Notes under the pieces: generated by a model
The model's database searches: none
Seen by the model: only the letters and a program-made list of their open reading frames with translations
What the model was told of the DNA's origin: nothing
From: Octopus sinensis
Lineage: Eukaryota
Length of the DNA: 64,000 nt
Direction of reading: 5' to 3'
Assembly: GCF_006345805.1 (NCBI RefSeq)
Contig: NC_043020.1
Span: 10,230,001 to 10,294,000 of the forward strand
Shown here: in pieces, positions 1-11,643 of the stretch
Position numbering within the stretch: the first letter of the stretch is position 1
How the letters are laid out: each line of letters begins with the position of its first letter
Program-made: the position numbers and the translations under genes

Positions 1-149
1 ATGTGCATTCATTCATCCATCCGTCGATGCTCTCGGTGTCGGGGGGTCGACCTGCTTTCTCTTCTGCGGGTCTTATGAATAGCAAAGGACCACATTTCGG
101 ACTTCTCCCATCTTGCGAGCTCTGGCATGAAGACCGCTTCGCTCAACAG

Positions 150-985
150 CAACAGCAGCACCACCACCACCACTACCTCCACCATCAACACCATCATCAC
201 CACCACAATCATCATCACTACTATCATCATTGTCACCTCCACCACCACCACCACCATTACCACTATCATCCACCTCCTCCTCCTCATTGTTATCATCATC
301 ATCATCATCATCGTCACTACAATCATCACCACTTCCACCACCACCACTACCTCCACCATCAACACCATCATCACCACCACAATCATCATCACTACTATCA
401 TCATCGTCACCTCCACCACCACCACCACCATTACCACTATCATCCACCTCCTCCTCCTCATTGTTATCATCATCATTGTCATCGTCACTACAACCATCAC
501 CACTTCCACCACCACCACTACCTCCACCATCAACACCATCATCACCACCACAATCATCGTCACCTCCACCACCACCACCACCATTACCACTATCATCCAC
601 CTCCTCCTCCTCATTGTTATCATCATCATCATCATCATCGTCACTACAACCATCACCGCTTCCACCACCACCACTACCTCCACCATCAACACCATCATCA
701 CCACCACAATCATCGTCACCTCCACCACCACCACCACCATTACCACTATCATCCACCTCCTCCTCCTCATTGTTATCATCATCATCATCATCATCGTCAC
801 TACAACCATCACCACTTCCACCACCACCACTACCTCCACCATCAACACCATCATCACCACCACAATCATCGTCACCTCCACCACCACCACCACCATTACC
901 ACTATCATCCACCTCCTCCTCCTCATTGTTATCATCATCATTGTCATCGTCACTACAACCATCACCACTTCCACCACCATCAGTT
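150..985. repeat. (CAC/CAT)-rich higher-order tandem repeat, ~5 units of ~155-175 bp
   Basis: Unit caccactacctccaccatcaacaccatcatcaccaccacaatc...cctcctcctcctcattgttatc recurs near 165, 345, 515, 670 and 825. It produces the His/Thr/Val/Gly ORFs in several frames. Confidence 0.9.
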
Positions 986-1402
986 GTAGTAGTGGCAGTA
1001 ATAACAGTTCTCGTTTTCATTTATTGACATCACCGTATATGTTTTACCTAATTCTTCACCTGCATTGCTCAATTAAAAAATAATTAAAAATTCACATTTT
1101 TTATCGAATTATTTTTGTTATATTTGTCTATCTATCCAACTGTAAACATTTTAAATATTTCACTAACTTTTTGTTATAACTTTGTAAAAAGGTACATATT
1201 TTGCCAAAAATTGCCAAATTTGTTCCCACAGTCTTCTTTATCCACAACCAGAATCGTAAACTTTCTCTTGAAAATATTTCAAACTAGTCAAAGACAGATT
1301 TGGCAAGAAATATACAGTGTTTCAAGGTAACATTGCTCAAAAATCTCTTGAAACATTTAATTTTGCTTTTTTTTTTTTTTTTTTGTTTTTTTTCCCCCTT
1401 AG

Positions 1403-1540
1403 CTCGGAGCAAGTAGTCGTGCCACAGCCAGCATCCCTTCCTCTGTCATCAACCTCCTTGATGTGGAACCGCAGTTGACATATGACAATGTTATCCAGTG
1501 CGTTGCTCAGCGATTTCTTAGTTTCAGTCATAACTCACAG
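1403..1540 (+). CDS. LIPT1: Lipoyltransferase 1, internal coding exon (46 aa, phase 0/0)
   Basis: Polypyrimidine tract + AG (1401-1402); CAG|gtaatt donor at 1541. Reads LGASSRATASIPSSVINLLDVEPQLTYDNVIQCVAQRFLSFSHNSQ, matching the recalled vertebrate LIPT1 segment [22 protein letters not shown]. Confidence 0.88.
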
Positions 1541-1640
1541 GTAATTAAAAAAAACGCTGTTTCTTTAATAATGTTCCATCAATCCTTATTAGATACGTTT
1601 GGCTTAACTAATTAACACCTTTGTCTTAATAATCAATATA

Positions 1641-2046
1641 GGCGCAGGAGTGGCTGTGTGGTAAGTAGCTTGTTTACCAACCACATGGTTCCGGGTTCAG
1701 TCCCACTGCGTGGCACCTTGGGCAAGTGTCTTCTACTATAGCCTCGAGCCGACCAAAGCCTTGTGAGTGGATTTGGTAGACGGAAACTGAAAAGAAGCCT
1801 GTCGTATATATGTATATATATATATATATGTGTGTGTGTGTTTGTGTGTCTGTGTCTGTCCCCCTAGCATTGCTTGACAACCGATGCTGGTGTGTTTATG
1901 TCCCCGTTACACAGCGGTTCGGCAAAAGAGACTGATAGAATAAGTACTAGGCTTACAAAAGAATAAGTCCCGGGTTCGATTTGCTCGATTAAAGGCGGTG
2001 CTCCAGCATGGCCGCAGTCAAATGACTGAAACAAGTAAAAGAGAGA
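1641..2046 (+). mobile_element. SINE family A (tRNA-like head, central microsatellite, (AAAAGAGT)n tail)
   Basis: ggcgcaggagtggctgtgtggtaagtagcttg...caaatgactgaaacaagtaaaagag; more than 15 copies in the window. Confidence 0.85.
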
Positions 2047-2207
2047 GTTGCAATTTTAATTCATGGAATCAACCGCTGTTCATGTGTAGCACTGAAAATA
2101 TTTTTATTGGCCCTTGGAACATATACAACCCTAGTGAGAGTTGAACTTGGTATGTAAATGGACTAAGCTAAATACAGCTAACCAGACTATTTAATCTCAT
2201 ATTTTTA

Positions 2208-2410
2208 GTGGCCCCCGTGCCGGTAGCACGTAAAAAGCACCCACTACACTCTCGGAGTGGTTGGTGTTTGGAAGGGCATCCAGCTGTAGAAACTCTGCCA
2301 AATCAAGATTGGAGCCTGGTGCAGCCATCTGGTTTGCCAACCCTCAGTCAAAGTCGTCCAACCCATGCTAGCATGGAAAGCGGACGTTAAACGATGATGA
2401 TGATGATGAT
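2208..2410 (+). mobile_element. SINE family D, 5'-truncated, (GAT)n tail
   Basis: ...gaagggcatccagctgtagaaac...aacccatgctagcatggaaagcggacgttaaacgatgatgat; same 3' end at ~5460-5620 and ~50230-50408. Confidence 0.8.
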
Positions 2411-2442
2411 ATTTTTACCATTCCTGCTTTTTTTAATGCCCT

Positions 2443-2645
2443 TTAACCCTTTAGTATTTAAACCGGCCATATCCGGCCAAAATATTTAATCTGTTTTATG
2501 TTCAAACTGACCAGATCCAGGCTCTCACACCTACCCTACAATGTTATTCTACATTAAGTAATTATACCATCAAGATCTTGAAGATATGAGATAATACATG
2601 ATTAATTCAAATCAATGTGAATCAATAAGCATTATGTTTGATAGG
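2443..2645. mobile_element. Probable piggyBac-type MITE, left end only
   Basis: TTAA followed by CCCTTTAG at 2443-2454; no matching right end seen. Confidence 0.35.
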
Positions 2646-2840
2646 CCTCAATTCTTCCTTTTGTTTAACAACCAACTGTTTTTGTTGAGGACTACAATTA
2701 ATTCCTTTTTCAGAATGTTATTTGTCCCCCTATTTTACAGCCGCAGAAATTTGCACCCACGATCAGCTTTGGTTGAAGTTCCTGTACCCTTGAATAAGCT
2801 TGAATTTGTGTGCCTCACTTAGGTCCAATAACCTTTAAAA

Positions 2841-3240
2841 AATGGAATGGAATGGAAGCACTCCGTCGGTTACGACGACGAGGGTTCCGGTTGATCCGAA
2901 TCAACGGAACAGCCTGCTCGTGAAATTAACGTGTAAGTGGCTGAGCACTCCACAGACATGTGCACCCTTAACGTAGTTCTCGGGGATATTCAGCGTGACA
3001 CAGAGAGTGACAAGGCCGGCCCTTTGAAATACAGGTACAACAGAAACAGGAAGTAAGAGTGAGAGAAAGTTGTGGCGAAAGAGTACAGCAGGGATCACCA
3101 CCATCCCCTGCCGGAACCTCGTGGAGCTTTTTAGGTGTTTTTCGCTCAATAAACACTCACAACGCCCGGTCTGGGAATCGAAACCGCGATCCTACGACCG
3201 CGAATCCGCTGCCCTAACCACTGGGCCATTGCGCCTCCAC
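2841..3240 (-). mobile_element. SINE family B (tRNA-Arg-like head)
   Basis: Reverse complement of gtggaggcgcaatggcccagtggttagggcagcgga(t/c)tcgcggtcgtaggatcgcggtttcgattccc...gagtgcttcca; A/B-box-like head; ~8 near-identical copies. Confidence 0.88.
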
Positions 3241-3739
3241 CTTTAAAAAATATGTAGTATGGAAAAGGAAAATAACTCTAGTTGCTTAAGCTGTCATAAT
3301 TATAAAGAGTTACGTCTCTTGAAATATTAGCTTGCTTATTTTATCTATTTCTTCCACGTTCACTAATTCCATCATCACCATTCACATCCAACGTTTGAAG
3401 AATATTGCTTGTTGTGTAGTTGTTTAGCTCCAGGTCAGCTTTAATCGAAAACACCTAAGATCAAAGTCATTTAACCGTGATCATCTCTTTTGTGCATTAT
3501 GTGTCCAGGACGCCAATATCGCACGCGTCTTTTTTTTCTTTTAATGGTGGCAAGGCGTGATTTGAGGGGAAATAGGACTGATATTTTCAGCAGGTCGGAT
3601 GACCACAAAGGCACTTCTTCATTATGCCGTTGATTATTTGTTTGGTTGAAGGATCGGGGCGGCGGCGAGGCAGAAACTACGAAATAAATCTCAACGAATT
3701 TCTTACAGGATGCAGATTCTGTCTGTCTGTCTCCAGTAC

Positions 3740-3950
3740 GTATATGTATATACATTGTGTGTGTTGACGATTTTCTTTCTCCGTCTTCCCTTCCTTGGAC
3801 CTTTCCTTTTTCTATGTTTCTGACGAAGAGCTCCACTCGAAACGTTAAATCCTCCTTCTTTCTTTCCTTTCCTGAGCGTCCAATAATACTATACTTGTTC
3901 AATGTCCTCGCGTTGTTGATTTTTCTCTGTGTTTTCATGTTTGGATTAAC
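3740..3950 (+). mobile_element. Probable Penelope-like element terminal fragment with hammerhead-like motif
   Basis: CTGACGA-a-GAGctccaCTC-GAAACGTT at 3820-3846; related sequence at ~43580-43790. PLE assignment is inference. Confidence 0.45.
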
Positions 3951-3968
3951 TTTATATATATATATATA

Positions 3969-4337
3969 TCTCTATATAAACGGCAGTTTGTCTGTGTGTC
4001 TGTTAGGTTGTACCCTCACCCTGACCACGGCTTTCAACCGATTCTGATGAAACTTGACACACACATAGCCCAATGTCATAATTCAAAACTAACGCAGCGA
4101 AAATTTTGAAAAGTTCCCCCAGTTCTGAAAAAAATCGATAAATTTGACATGGGGTCGAGAATCAGAAACACAAACCACAAACAGTCTAGGGGACGCAACT
4201 CCACCTTTTTTAACTCTCAAAAAAAATTTACCATAATTTTTTTCCATTTTTTTTGCTATATTTTGGCTATAACTCTCTAAAAATGCTTTATAGTTATTTC
4301 CCTTACAAACCTGAGCAACACCGGGCGATACTGCTAG
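3969..4337 (+). mobile_element. Non-autonomous Helitron (369 bp)
   Basis: A|TC 5' end at 3969; 3' hairpin cctgagcaacaccggg, then CTAG|T at 4334-4337; no TSD; second copy at 54165-54548. Confidence 0.85.
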
Positions 4338-4342
4338 TATAT

Positions 4343-5622
4343 ATATATATAGATGAACATCAATGGAATTTGTATCTTTGTGGTTCCAGTACCGGTGGCA
4401 CACAAGAAAACCATCCGAACGTGGCCGTAGCCAGTACCGCATCGACTGGCCTCCGTGCTGTGGGCACAACAAACACCATCTGATCGTGGCCGTTCGCCAG
4501 CCTCATCTGGCACCTGTGTCGGGCACATAAAAACACCATCCGAAGACCCGGTGACGTAGTCAGTCCACCTGTGCATACCTTCCTACTTATGACACTTGTG
4601 AAGACCTGTTGAGGCAAGTGTGTGACACCTACTTATGACACTTGTGAAGACCTGTTGAGGCAAGTGTGTGACACTTGTGTAGACCTGTTGAGGCAAGTGA
4701 AAATCAAATCAAATCAAATCAAACCAAATCAAAATAGATGAACATCAATGGAATTTGTATCTTTGTGGTACCAGTACCTTTGGCACACAAGAAAACCATC
4801 CGAACGTGGCCGTAGCCAGTACCGCATCGACTGGCTCTGTGACGTGGGCACATAACAAACACCATCCGATCGTGGCCGTTCGCCAGCCTCATCTGGCACC
4901 TGTGTCGGTGGCACATAAAAACACCAACCGAAGACCGGCAAGACTAGTCAGGCCATAACCCGTGGCCCCTACTTGGGACGTAGTCAGTCCCCTGTGCATA
5001 CCTTCCTTCCTTCCTGTGACACTTGTGAAGACCTGTGAGACCTGTTGAGGCAAGTGAAAATCAAATCAAAACAAATCAAAATAGATGAACATCAATGGAA
5101 TTTGTATCTTTGTGGTACCAGTGCCGGTGGCACACAAGAAAATCATCCGAACGTGGCCGTAGCCAGTACCGCAGACTGGCCTCCGTGCTTTGGGGACGTA
5201 ACAAACCACCATCCGATCGTGGCCGTCCGCCAGCCTCATCTGGCACCTGTGTCGGTGGCACATAAAAACACCATCCGAGCGTGGCCGTATCAGCCTCATC
5301 TGGCACCTGTGTCGGTGGCACATAAAAACATCATCCGAGCGTGGCCGTTCGCCAGCCTCGTCTGGCAACTGTGTCGGTGGCACAATAAAAACACCATCCG
5401 AGCGTGGCCGTTCGCCAGCCTCGTCTGGCACCTGTGTCGGTGGCACATAAAATCACCCACTTACACTTTCGGAGTGGTTGGCGTTAGGAGGGCATCCAGC
5501 TGTAGAAACACTGCCAGATCTGACTGGCCTGGTGCAGCCTTCGGGCTCCCCAGACCCCAGTTGAACCGTCCAACCCATGCTAGCATGGAAAACGGACGCT
5601 AATGATGATGATGATGATGATG
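4343..5622 (+). mobile_element. SINE family D composite (partial copies plus one copy with internal ~55-bp tandem array)
   Basis: gatgaacatcaatggaatttgtatc at ~4352, ~4738 and ~5085; units gcctc(a/g)tctggcacctgtgtcggtggcacataaaaacaccatccga; (GAT)n tail at ~5602-5622. Confidence 0.8.
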
Positions 5623-5733
5623 ATATATATATATTATACAAAAAGGGTGAAATATAATTAATTTAATAAAATTAATAAATTTCACCTAGTAGTTTTATCG
5701 GTATGGAAAAGACCATATTTGGTAAGGATTATA

Positions 5734-6045
5734 TAATTATAATAAAGGGTTAATTGCAACAAGTTGCTCAAAACCACATACCGAAAATATTAGAAATGGC
5801 AGCCAAATAGATCACCATTTCTCCTACTAGTAAAAAAGACTCCACAAACAGAATTTGCAACCCATATATAGTAAAGAGAAAGAAAATAACGAAATCCCAG
5901 CCTACCATATACAGGTTGCAAATTCTGTTTGTTTGTGGAGTCTTTTTTACTAGTAGGAGAAATGGTGATCTATTTGGCTGCCATTTCTAATATTTTCGGT
6001 ATGTGGTTTTGAGCAACTTGTTGCAATAACCCTTTATTATAATTA
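5734..6045. repeat. Long inverted repeat (~129-bp arms, ~50-nt spacer)
   Basis: 5734-5862 is the near-perfect reverse complement of 5914-6045. Confidence 0.9.
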
Positions 6046-6058
6046 AATATATAATATA

Positions 6059-6134
<76 letters not shown>

Positions 6135-6411
6135 GGCTATTGGCCAGCCGGGTCAACGTTGGTTGACCAATAGACGTGTTCCCACTGCGTTCACGGAGTG
6201 TTCTGCTATTGTTTTGAAATTATGCATCATCTGATGAATACGGTTTTTCCAGTGATGTAATGTACTCATTCGTCTAATAAAATGCGTTAGAAACAGCTGT
6301 AAAGGACTGACATTTATCAAATCGTCTATTATTATCCATTTACTTATTTTTCTATTCACACATACACACACCTTTAACTACTTTCATCTTTTTTTTTTTT
6401 TTCTAATCCAG

Positions 6412-6828
6412 CCAACATCCATTGAATTCCTCGACCTTAAGAAAGACCGGAGCCGTTTTCCTGGATTAGATAAAATCTTAGAAGATCGCTTGGACTGGAC
6501 ATGGATTTTTGGGAAGACTCCAGCTTTTACTTTGGATCGTCATTTCGTCACACACTGCTACCAATCCAGAGAGACTTGCTTAAGGATCCACTGTAAAATT
6601 CAAGATGGCTGCATTAACACATTAGATATCCAGTTCTCCCCCTTAGATCAAACACTCGATAGACTCACTACCTCAACAAATAATGTTTTACTGACAGAAA
6701 GGCTTAGCGGAAAACATTTACGACCAGTTTTTGAAAGACTGCGTCAGGATTTTTCTGAAGACAAGGAAGTGTCACCGCATCTTTTAGATTGGTTTTTAAA
6801 TAGCTTATGGGTGACTCTTTTTGGTTGA
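6412..6828 (+). CDS. LIPT1: Lipoyltransferase 1, terminal coding exon
   Basis: T-tract + tccag acceptor ending 6411, phase 0, in frame with the previous exon. PTSIEFLDLKKDRSRFPGLDKILEDRLDWTWIFGKTPAF...WVTLFG* contains the FPG and W-x-W-I-(Y/F)-G-K-T-P motifs of the LIPT1/LplA family. TGA at 6826-6828. Confidence 0.9.
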   Translation, partial: PTSIEFLDLKKDRSRFPGLDKILEDRLDWTWIFGKTPAFTLDRHFVTHCYQSRETCLRIHCKIQDGCINTLDIQFSPLDQTLDRLTTSTNNVLLTERLSGKHLRPVFERLRQDFSEDKEVSPHLLDWFLNSLWVTLFG

Positions 6829-7057
6829 AATTCGCGTTTTTGTTGACATAATGATGAGGCGAACTTCCTCGACAAGTTGGATAAACAAATTTGTTTGCAC
6901 AGTTAAGTTGCCATGTGGCGGTTTTCGTGTCACCAACTATCACACTGTATATTAAACGATGTGTGTGTATGTGGAGACGTGGGTTGTTGACAGAAAGGCC
7001 ATAAAATCATAAAAATCTGCCAAGTCTGTCTAATGCACGGAAGTGTGAAAAAGTTTT

Positions 7058-8050
7058 AAGGCGGCGAACTGGCAGAAACGTTAGCACGCCGGGCGAAATG
7101 TTTAGCGGTATTTCGTCTGCCGCTACGTTCTGAGTTCAAATTCCGCCGTGGTCGACTTTGCCTTTCATCCTTTCGGGGTCGATTAAATAAGTACCAGTAC
7201 GCACTGGGTCGATGTAATCAACTTAATACTATGTCTGTCCTTGTTTGTCCCCTCTGTGTTTAGCCCCTGTGGGTAAAAAGAAATAGGTATTTCGTCTGCT
7301 GTTACGTTCTGAGTTCAAATTCCGCCGAGGTCGACTTGCCTTTCATCCTTTCAGGGTCGATAAATAAGTAACCAGTTACGCACTGGGTCGATGTAATCGA
7401 CTTAATACCTATGTCTGTCCTTGTTTGTCCCCTCTGTGTTTAGCCCCTTGTGGGTAATAAAGAAATATGGTATTTCGCTGCTGTTAGGTTCTGAGTTCAA
7501 TTCCGCCGAGGTCGACTTTGCCTTTCATCCTTTCGGAATTGATAAATTAAGTACCAGTTATGCACTGGGGTCAATGTGGACCAGCATTAATGAGCTCGGT
7601 GGAATTTGAACTCAGAACGTAGCAGCAGACGAAATACCTATTTCTTTACTACCCACAAGGGGCTAAACACAGAGAGGACAAACAAGCGCAGACAAACGGA
7701 TTAAGTCGATTATATTGACCCCAGTGCATAACTGGTACTTATTTAATCGTCCCTGAAAGGATGAAAGGCAAAGTCGACCTCGGCGGAATTTGAACTCAGA
7801 ACATAGTGGCAGACAAAAATACCTATTTCTTTACTACCCACAAGGGGCTAAACACAGAGAGGGCAACAAGCGCAGACAAACGGAATAAGTCGATATATTG
7901 ACCCCAGTGCATAACTGGTACTTATTTAATCGACCCCGAAAGGATGAAAGGCAAAGTCGACCTCAGCGGAATTTGAACTCAGAACGTAGTGGCAGACGAA
8001 ATATGGCTAAGCATTTTGCCCGGTGTGCTAACACTTCTACCAGCTCACCA
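7058..8050. mobile_element. SINE family C cluster: three direct subunits (+) followed by inverted subunits (-)
   Basis: ggtatttcgtctg...gcctttcatcctttcggggtcga...aagtaccagttacgcactgggtcg...aaagaaata repeated at ~7107, ~7286 and ~7469; reverse-complement copies at ~7600-8050. Core resembles the Deu/Nin SINE domain (recalled, not verified). Confidence 0.85.
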
Positions 8051-8077
8051 CCTTCTGATTCTATATATATGTATGTA

Positions 8078-8108
<31 letters not shown>

Positions 8109-8458
8109 TGGATTATCAGATAAATTAGTTCATTTTTTTTTTATTACTTTATTCCTTTTCTGATATTATTTGAATGAATATGAAAAGTGTTTTTATTGAA
8201 GAGCAAGAATAGAGCTACAAATAAGCATAAAACACTACAACTTTTTTTAATAGTTTTCGAATAAATTTTTATCTCTTTTCAGATATATGATGATGGGAGT
8301 GCCAAGTAGAAAAAAAATGACTGAATTTATTTGACAACACAATGTGTGTGTGTATAAGAGAATGACCTTTTATATAATAAAAAAAGTAAATAAAACCTGT
8401 CAATAAACAGATCAATAAAATAAATTCCAAACTAAACTCCTAAGTTCAATGTCATTGA

Positions 8459-8829
8459 CTGAAACCTCTTTAAGACTGTGTCCCCTCAATTTGTTGTTAC
8501 TGTTTTTGTCAATAGGTCATATCCTTGGCTGAAACCCTAAACTGTTAATGGCCCAGTTCACTTGGTTGTAAATAGATACCATCGTGTACCGTATTATCTA
8601 GTTCAATGTTGTGTCCTCATTTGAAACACTCAACTGATAGCAGGCTGAACCTCTTTTAAGACCATGTCCCCTCAATTTGTTGTTACTGATTTTGTCAATA
8701 GGTCGTATCCTTGGCTGAGACCCTAAACTGTTAATGGCCCAGTTCACTTAGTTGTAAATAGATGCCATTGTGTACCGTATTATCTAGTTCAATGTTGTGT
8801 CCTTATTTAAAACACTCAACTGATAGCAG
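8459..8829. repeat. Tandem duplication, 2 x ~186 bp
   Basis: ctgaa(a)cctct...cactcaactgatagcag at 8459 and 8645; adjacent 2 x ~53 bp duplication at 8905-9008. Confidence 0.85.
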
Positions 8830-9066
8830 TCTGTATAGTTTATTATAAGTAGATAGTACATTGTAGTAGATCTTTAAACTGTTATTGTACTTAGTTGTGA
8901 GTGGATACCATGATGTAGTATAGAGACACTAAGACACTTAACCTATAACAACTCATAATACCATGATGTAGTATAGAGACACTAAGACACTTAACCTATA
9001 ACAACTCACTTCACTCAGTGTACTTAGTTGCATGTACCACTGACTGGTTTAGTTCACTGTATCATA

Positions 9067-9473
9067 GGTGCAGGAGTGGCTGTGTGGTAAGTAGCTTGTT
9101 TACCAACCACATGGTTCTGGGTTCAGTCCCACTGCAGAGCACCTTGGGCAAGTGTCTTCTACTATAGCCTCGGGCCGACCAAAGCCTTGTGAGTGGATTT
9201 AGTAGATGGAAACTGAAAGAAGCCCGTCGTATATTGTATATATATATGTGTGTGTGCGTGTATGTTTGTGTGTCTGTTTTTGTCCCCCTAGCATTGCTTG
9301 ACAACTGATGCTGGTGTTTTATGTCCCCGTCACTAGCGGTTCGGCAAAGAGACCGATAGAATAAGTACTGGGCTTACAAAAGAATAAGTCCCGGGGTCGA
9401 GTTGCTCGATTAAAAGGCGGTGCTCCAGCATGGCCGCAGTCAAATGACTGAAACAAGTAAAAGCGTAAAGAGT
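9067..9473 (+). mobile_element. SINE family A
   Basis: Full-length copy matching 1641-2046. Confidence 0.85.
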
Positions 9474-9948
9474 ATAGTGTAGTACATAGTACACCATGAA
9501 TGTATGTGGCTTAGTGGTAATGGTATTTGGCTCATGATCGTAGGAACCCTGGTTGAAAACCACTGGGTTAGGGCAACGGATTCGAGGTCAGAGGATCGTT
9601 GTTTCGATTCCCAGACCGGGGATTGTGTGTGTTTATTGAACGAAAACACCTAAAGCTCCATGAGGCTCCAGTAGGGGGGTGGGTGGTGGCAACCCCTGTT
9701 GTACTCTTTCACCCAAATTCCATTTTTCTGTGATTATAAGGAACTAAAAGATTAATCTCCTTCCAAATCCAGATACAAAATTTATTTATAAATGCAAAAC
9801 AACACCTTGGAGGAATTGATGTAAGCTTAAATAATAAACCATGATAGGTGAACCGTGATAAGGCAAGGGATTACTAAATATCACATTGTACCATAGTATT
9901 TTATACGTACTTTGTCTATTACCAACACTATTAACTCAGTCCATCATC

Positions 9949-10515
9949 ATCATTTAGCATCCGCTTTCTATGCTAGCATGGGTTGGACAGTTCAACTGGG
10001 GTCTGGGAAGCCAGAAGGCTGCACCAGGCTCCAGTCTGATCTAGCAATGTTTCAACGGCTGGATGCCTTTCCTAACGCCAACCACCCCGTGAGTGTAGTG
10101 GGAGCTTTATACGTGCCACCGGCACAGGTGCCAGACGAGGCTGGCAAACGGCCACAGTTGAATGGTGGTTTTTATGTGCCACCGGCACAGGGGTGAGGCT
10201 GGCGATGGCCATGGTCGAATGGTGCTTTTTATGTGCCACCGGCACGGGGAGCTAGGCGAGGCTGGCAACAGCCACGATCGGATGGTGCTTTTTACGTGCC
10301 ACTGACACGGAGGCCTGTAGGGGCGGCGCTGGCAACGGCCACGTTCGGATGGTTCGCTTACGTGCCACCGGCACTGATATCACAGCTACAATTTCCATTG
10401 ATGTTGATCGATTTCGATTTTGATTCTGATTCTCACTTGCCTCAACAGGTCTTCACAAGTAGAGTTTTGTGTCCCAAGAAGGAAAGGTATGCATAAGTGG
10501 ACTGGCTACATCCCA
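9949..10515 (-). mobile_element. SINE family D, diverged copy
   Basis: (CAT)n then tttagcatccgctttctatgctagcatgggttggac; degenerate ~55-bp units. Confidence 0.75.
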
Positions 10516-10839
10516 GGTAAAAAGGTGTCACAATGTGGTGGATATTCATTGCTATAAGCAGTAGTTGTCTCAGCTATTTTGGTTCATTTGCCTACTGTGT
10601 CAGGTTCAGTTCTTCCTTTGGTAAAACCTATGTTCAGTGGACCAGGGTTTTGTATTTGGACTTGGAATGAGATTAACCTTTTATCTCCTTATAATCTCAG
10701 AAAAATGGAATTGAGAGTAAATTGTGATTAGTGTAGCTATATATATATCTACCTACCAACCGACCTGTCTACCTACTTGCATATATACATCTGTATGTAC
10801 ATATGTGTGTGTATGTGTATACAAATGTGTGTTTGTATA

Positions 10840-10870
<31 letters not shown>

Positions 10871-11643
10871 TCTTTTATTTGTTTCAGTCATCTGACTGCG
10901 GCCATGCTGGAGCACCACCTTTAGTTGAACAGATCAATCCCAGGACTTATTCTTTGTAAGCCTAGTACTTATTCTATCGGTCTCTTTTGCCGAACCACTA
11001 TGTGTATACATTTTTTGGGGACACCCTGTATATATATATATATATTCATTCATTGGACTTATGATTCAGTCCTTTTACTTCTGAGAGTCTCTTACTGTTT
11101 CTTATTCTGTCATCATCATTTCGCCAACAAAGCGATACAAGGCGTCTACTTTGAAAAGAAAGAGTTTTCATTGTTAATAAAAGAAAAAACCTTGAGAAAT
11201 GTCACACCTAAACCACTAACACTTCTGGCTTTTAAAATTTGCCCATAAAAATATATAAATAGATAAATTTTAGCAACTATAGGGAGTGGTGTGATAGATT
11301 TTGGCTTAAAATCCAGTCAAAAACTTTTTTTTTTCAGTCACATCCTTCTCATCAGTGAACAACCAATATTGTGGCATTTTCCAGCTAAATGTTGACCAAT
11401 AACTTTGTATAAAACCCCACTTTGTTATTCACCTTCAAAGCAAAATAATAAAATAAAAAAAAAAAGAAAACCAAAACCAAAACCAATCAAAAAAAGCAAA
11501 CCTAACCAACCTGAACTGTGTCCTACTTTTGGCATAATAGATATTTTTATGGGATTGTCAAAAGTATTATATTACAGTAGAGAACAAGGTATCACATGCA
11601 ACAAGGGGGTTTACATGACAAAAGTTGTGTAATACTATGAGTT

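Noticed and set aside
3-1083. Long His/Thr/Val/Gly/Pro-Ser ORFs
   Set aside because: Open in several frames on both strands because of trinucleotide repeats; no splice or homology support.
1288-1326. Possible small LIPT1 exon (SKTDLARNIQCFK, AAG|gtaac donor, phase 0)
   Set aside because: Good donor and compatible phase, but weak acceptor and only marginal similarity. Cannot be supported without RNA-seq.
2741-2822. Exon-like segment in the LIPT1 intron (ttttacag| ... tag|gtcc)
   Set aside because: 82 nt would shift the frame, the donor is weak, and the flanking exons already join without a gap in homology.
5220-5450. CRISPR-like appearance of short repeats
   Set aside because: No unique spacers, no cas genes; internal array of a SINE.
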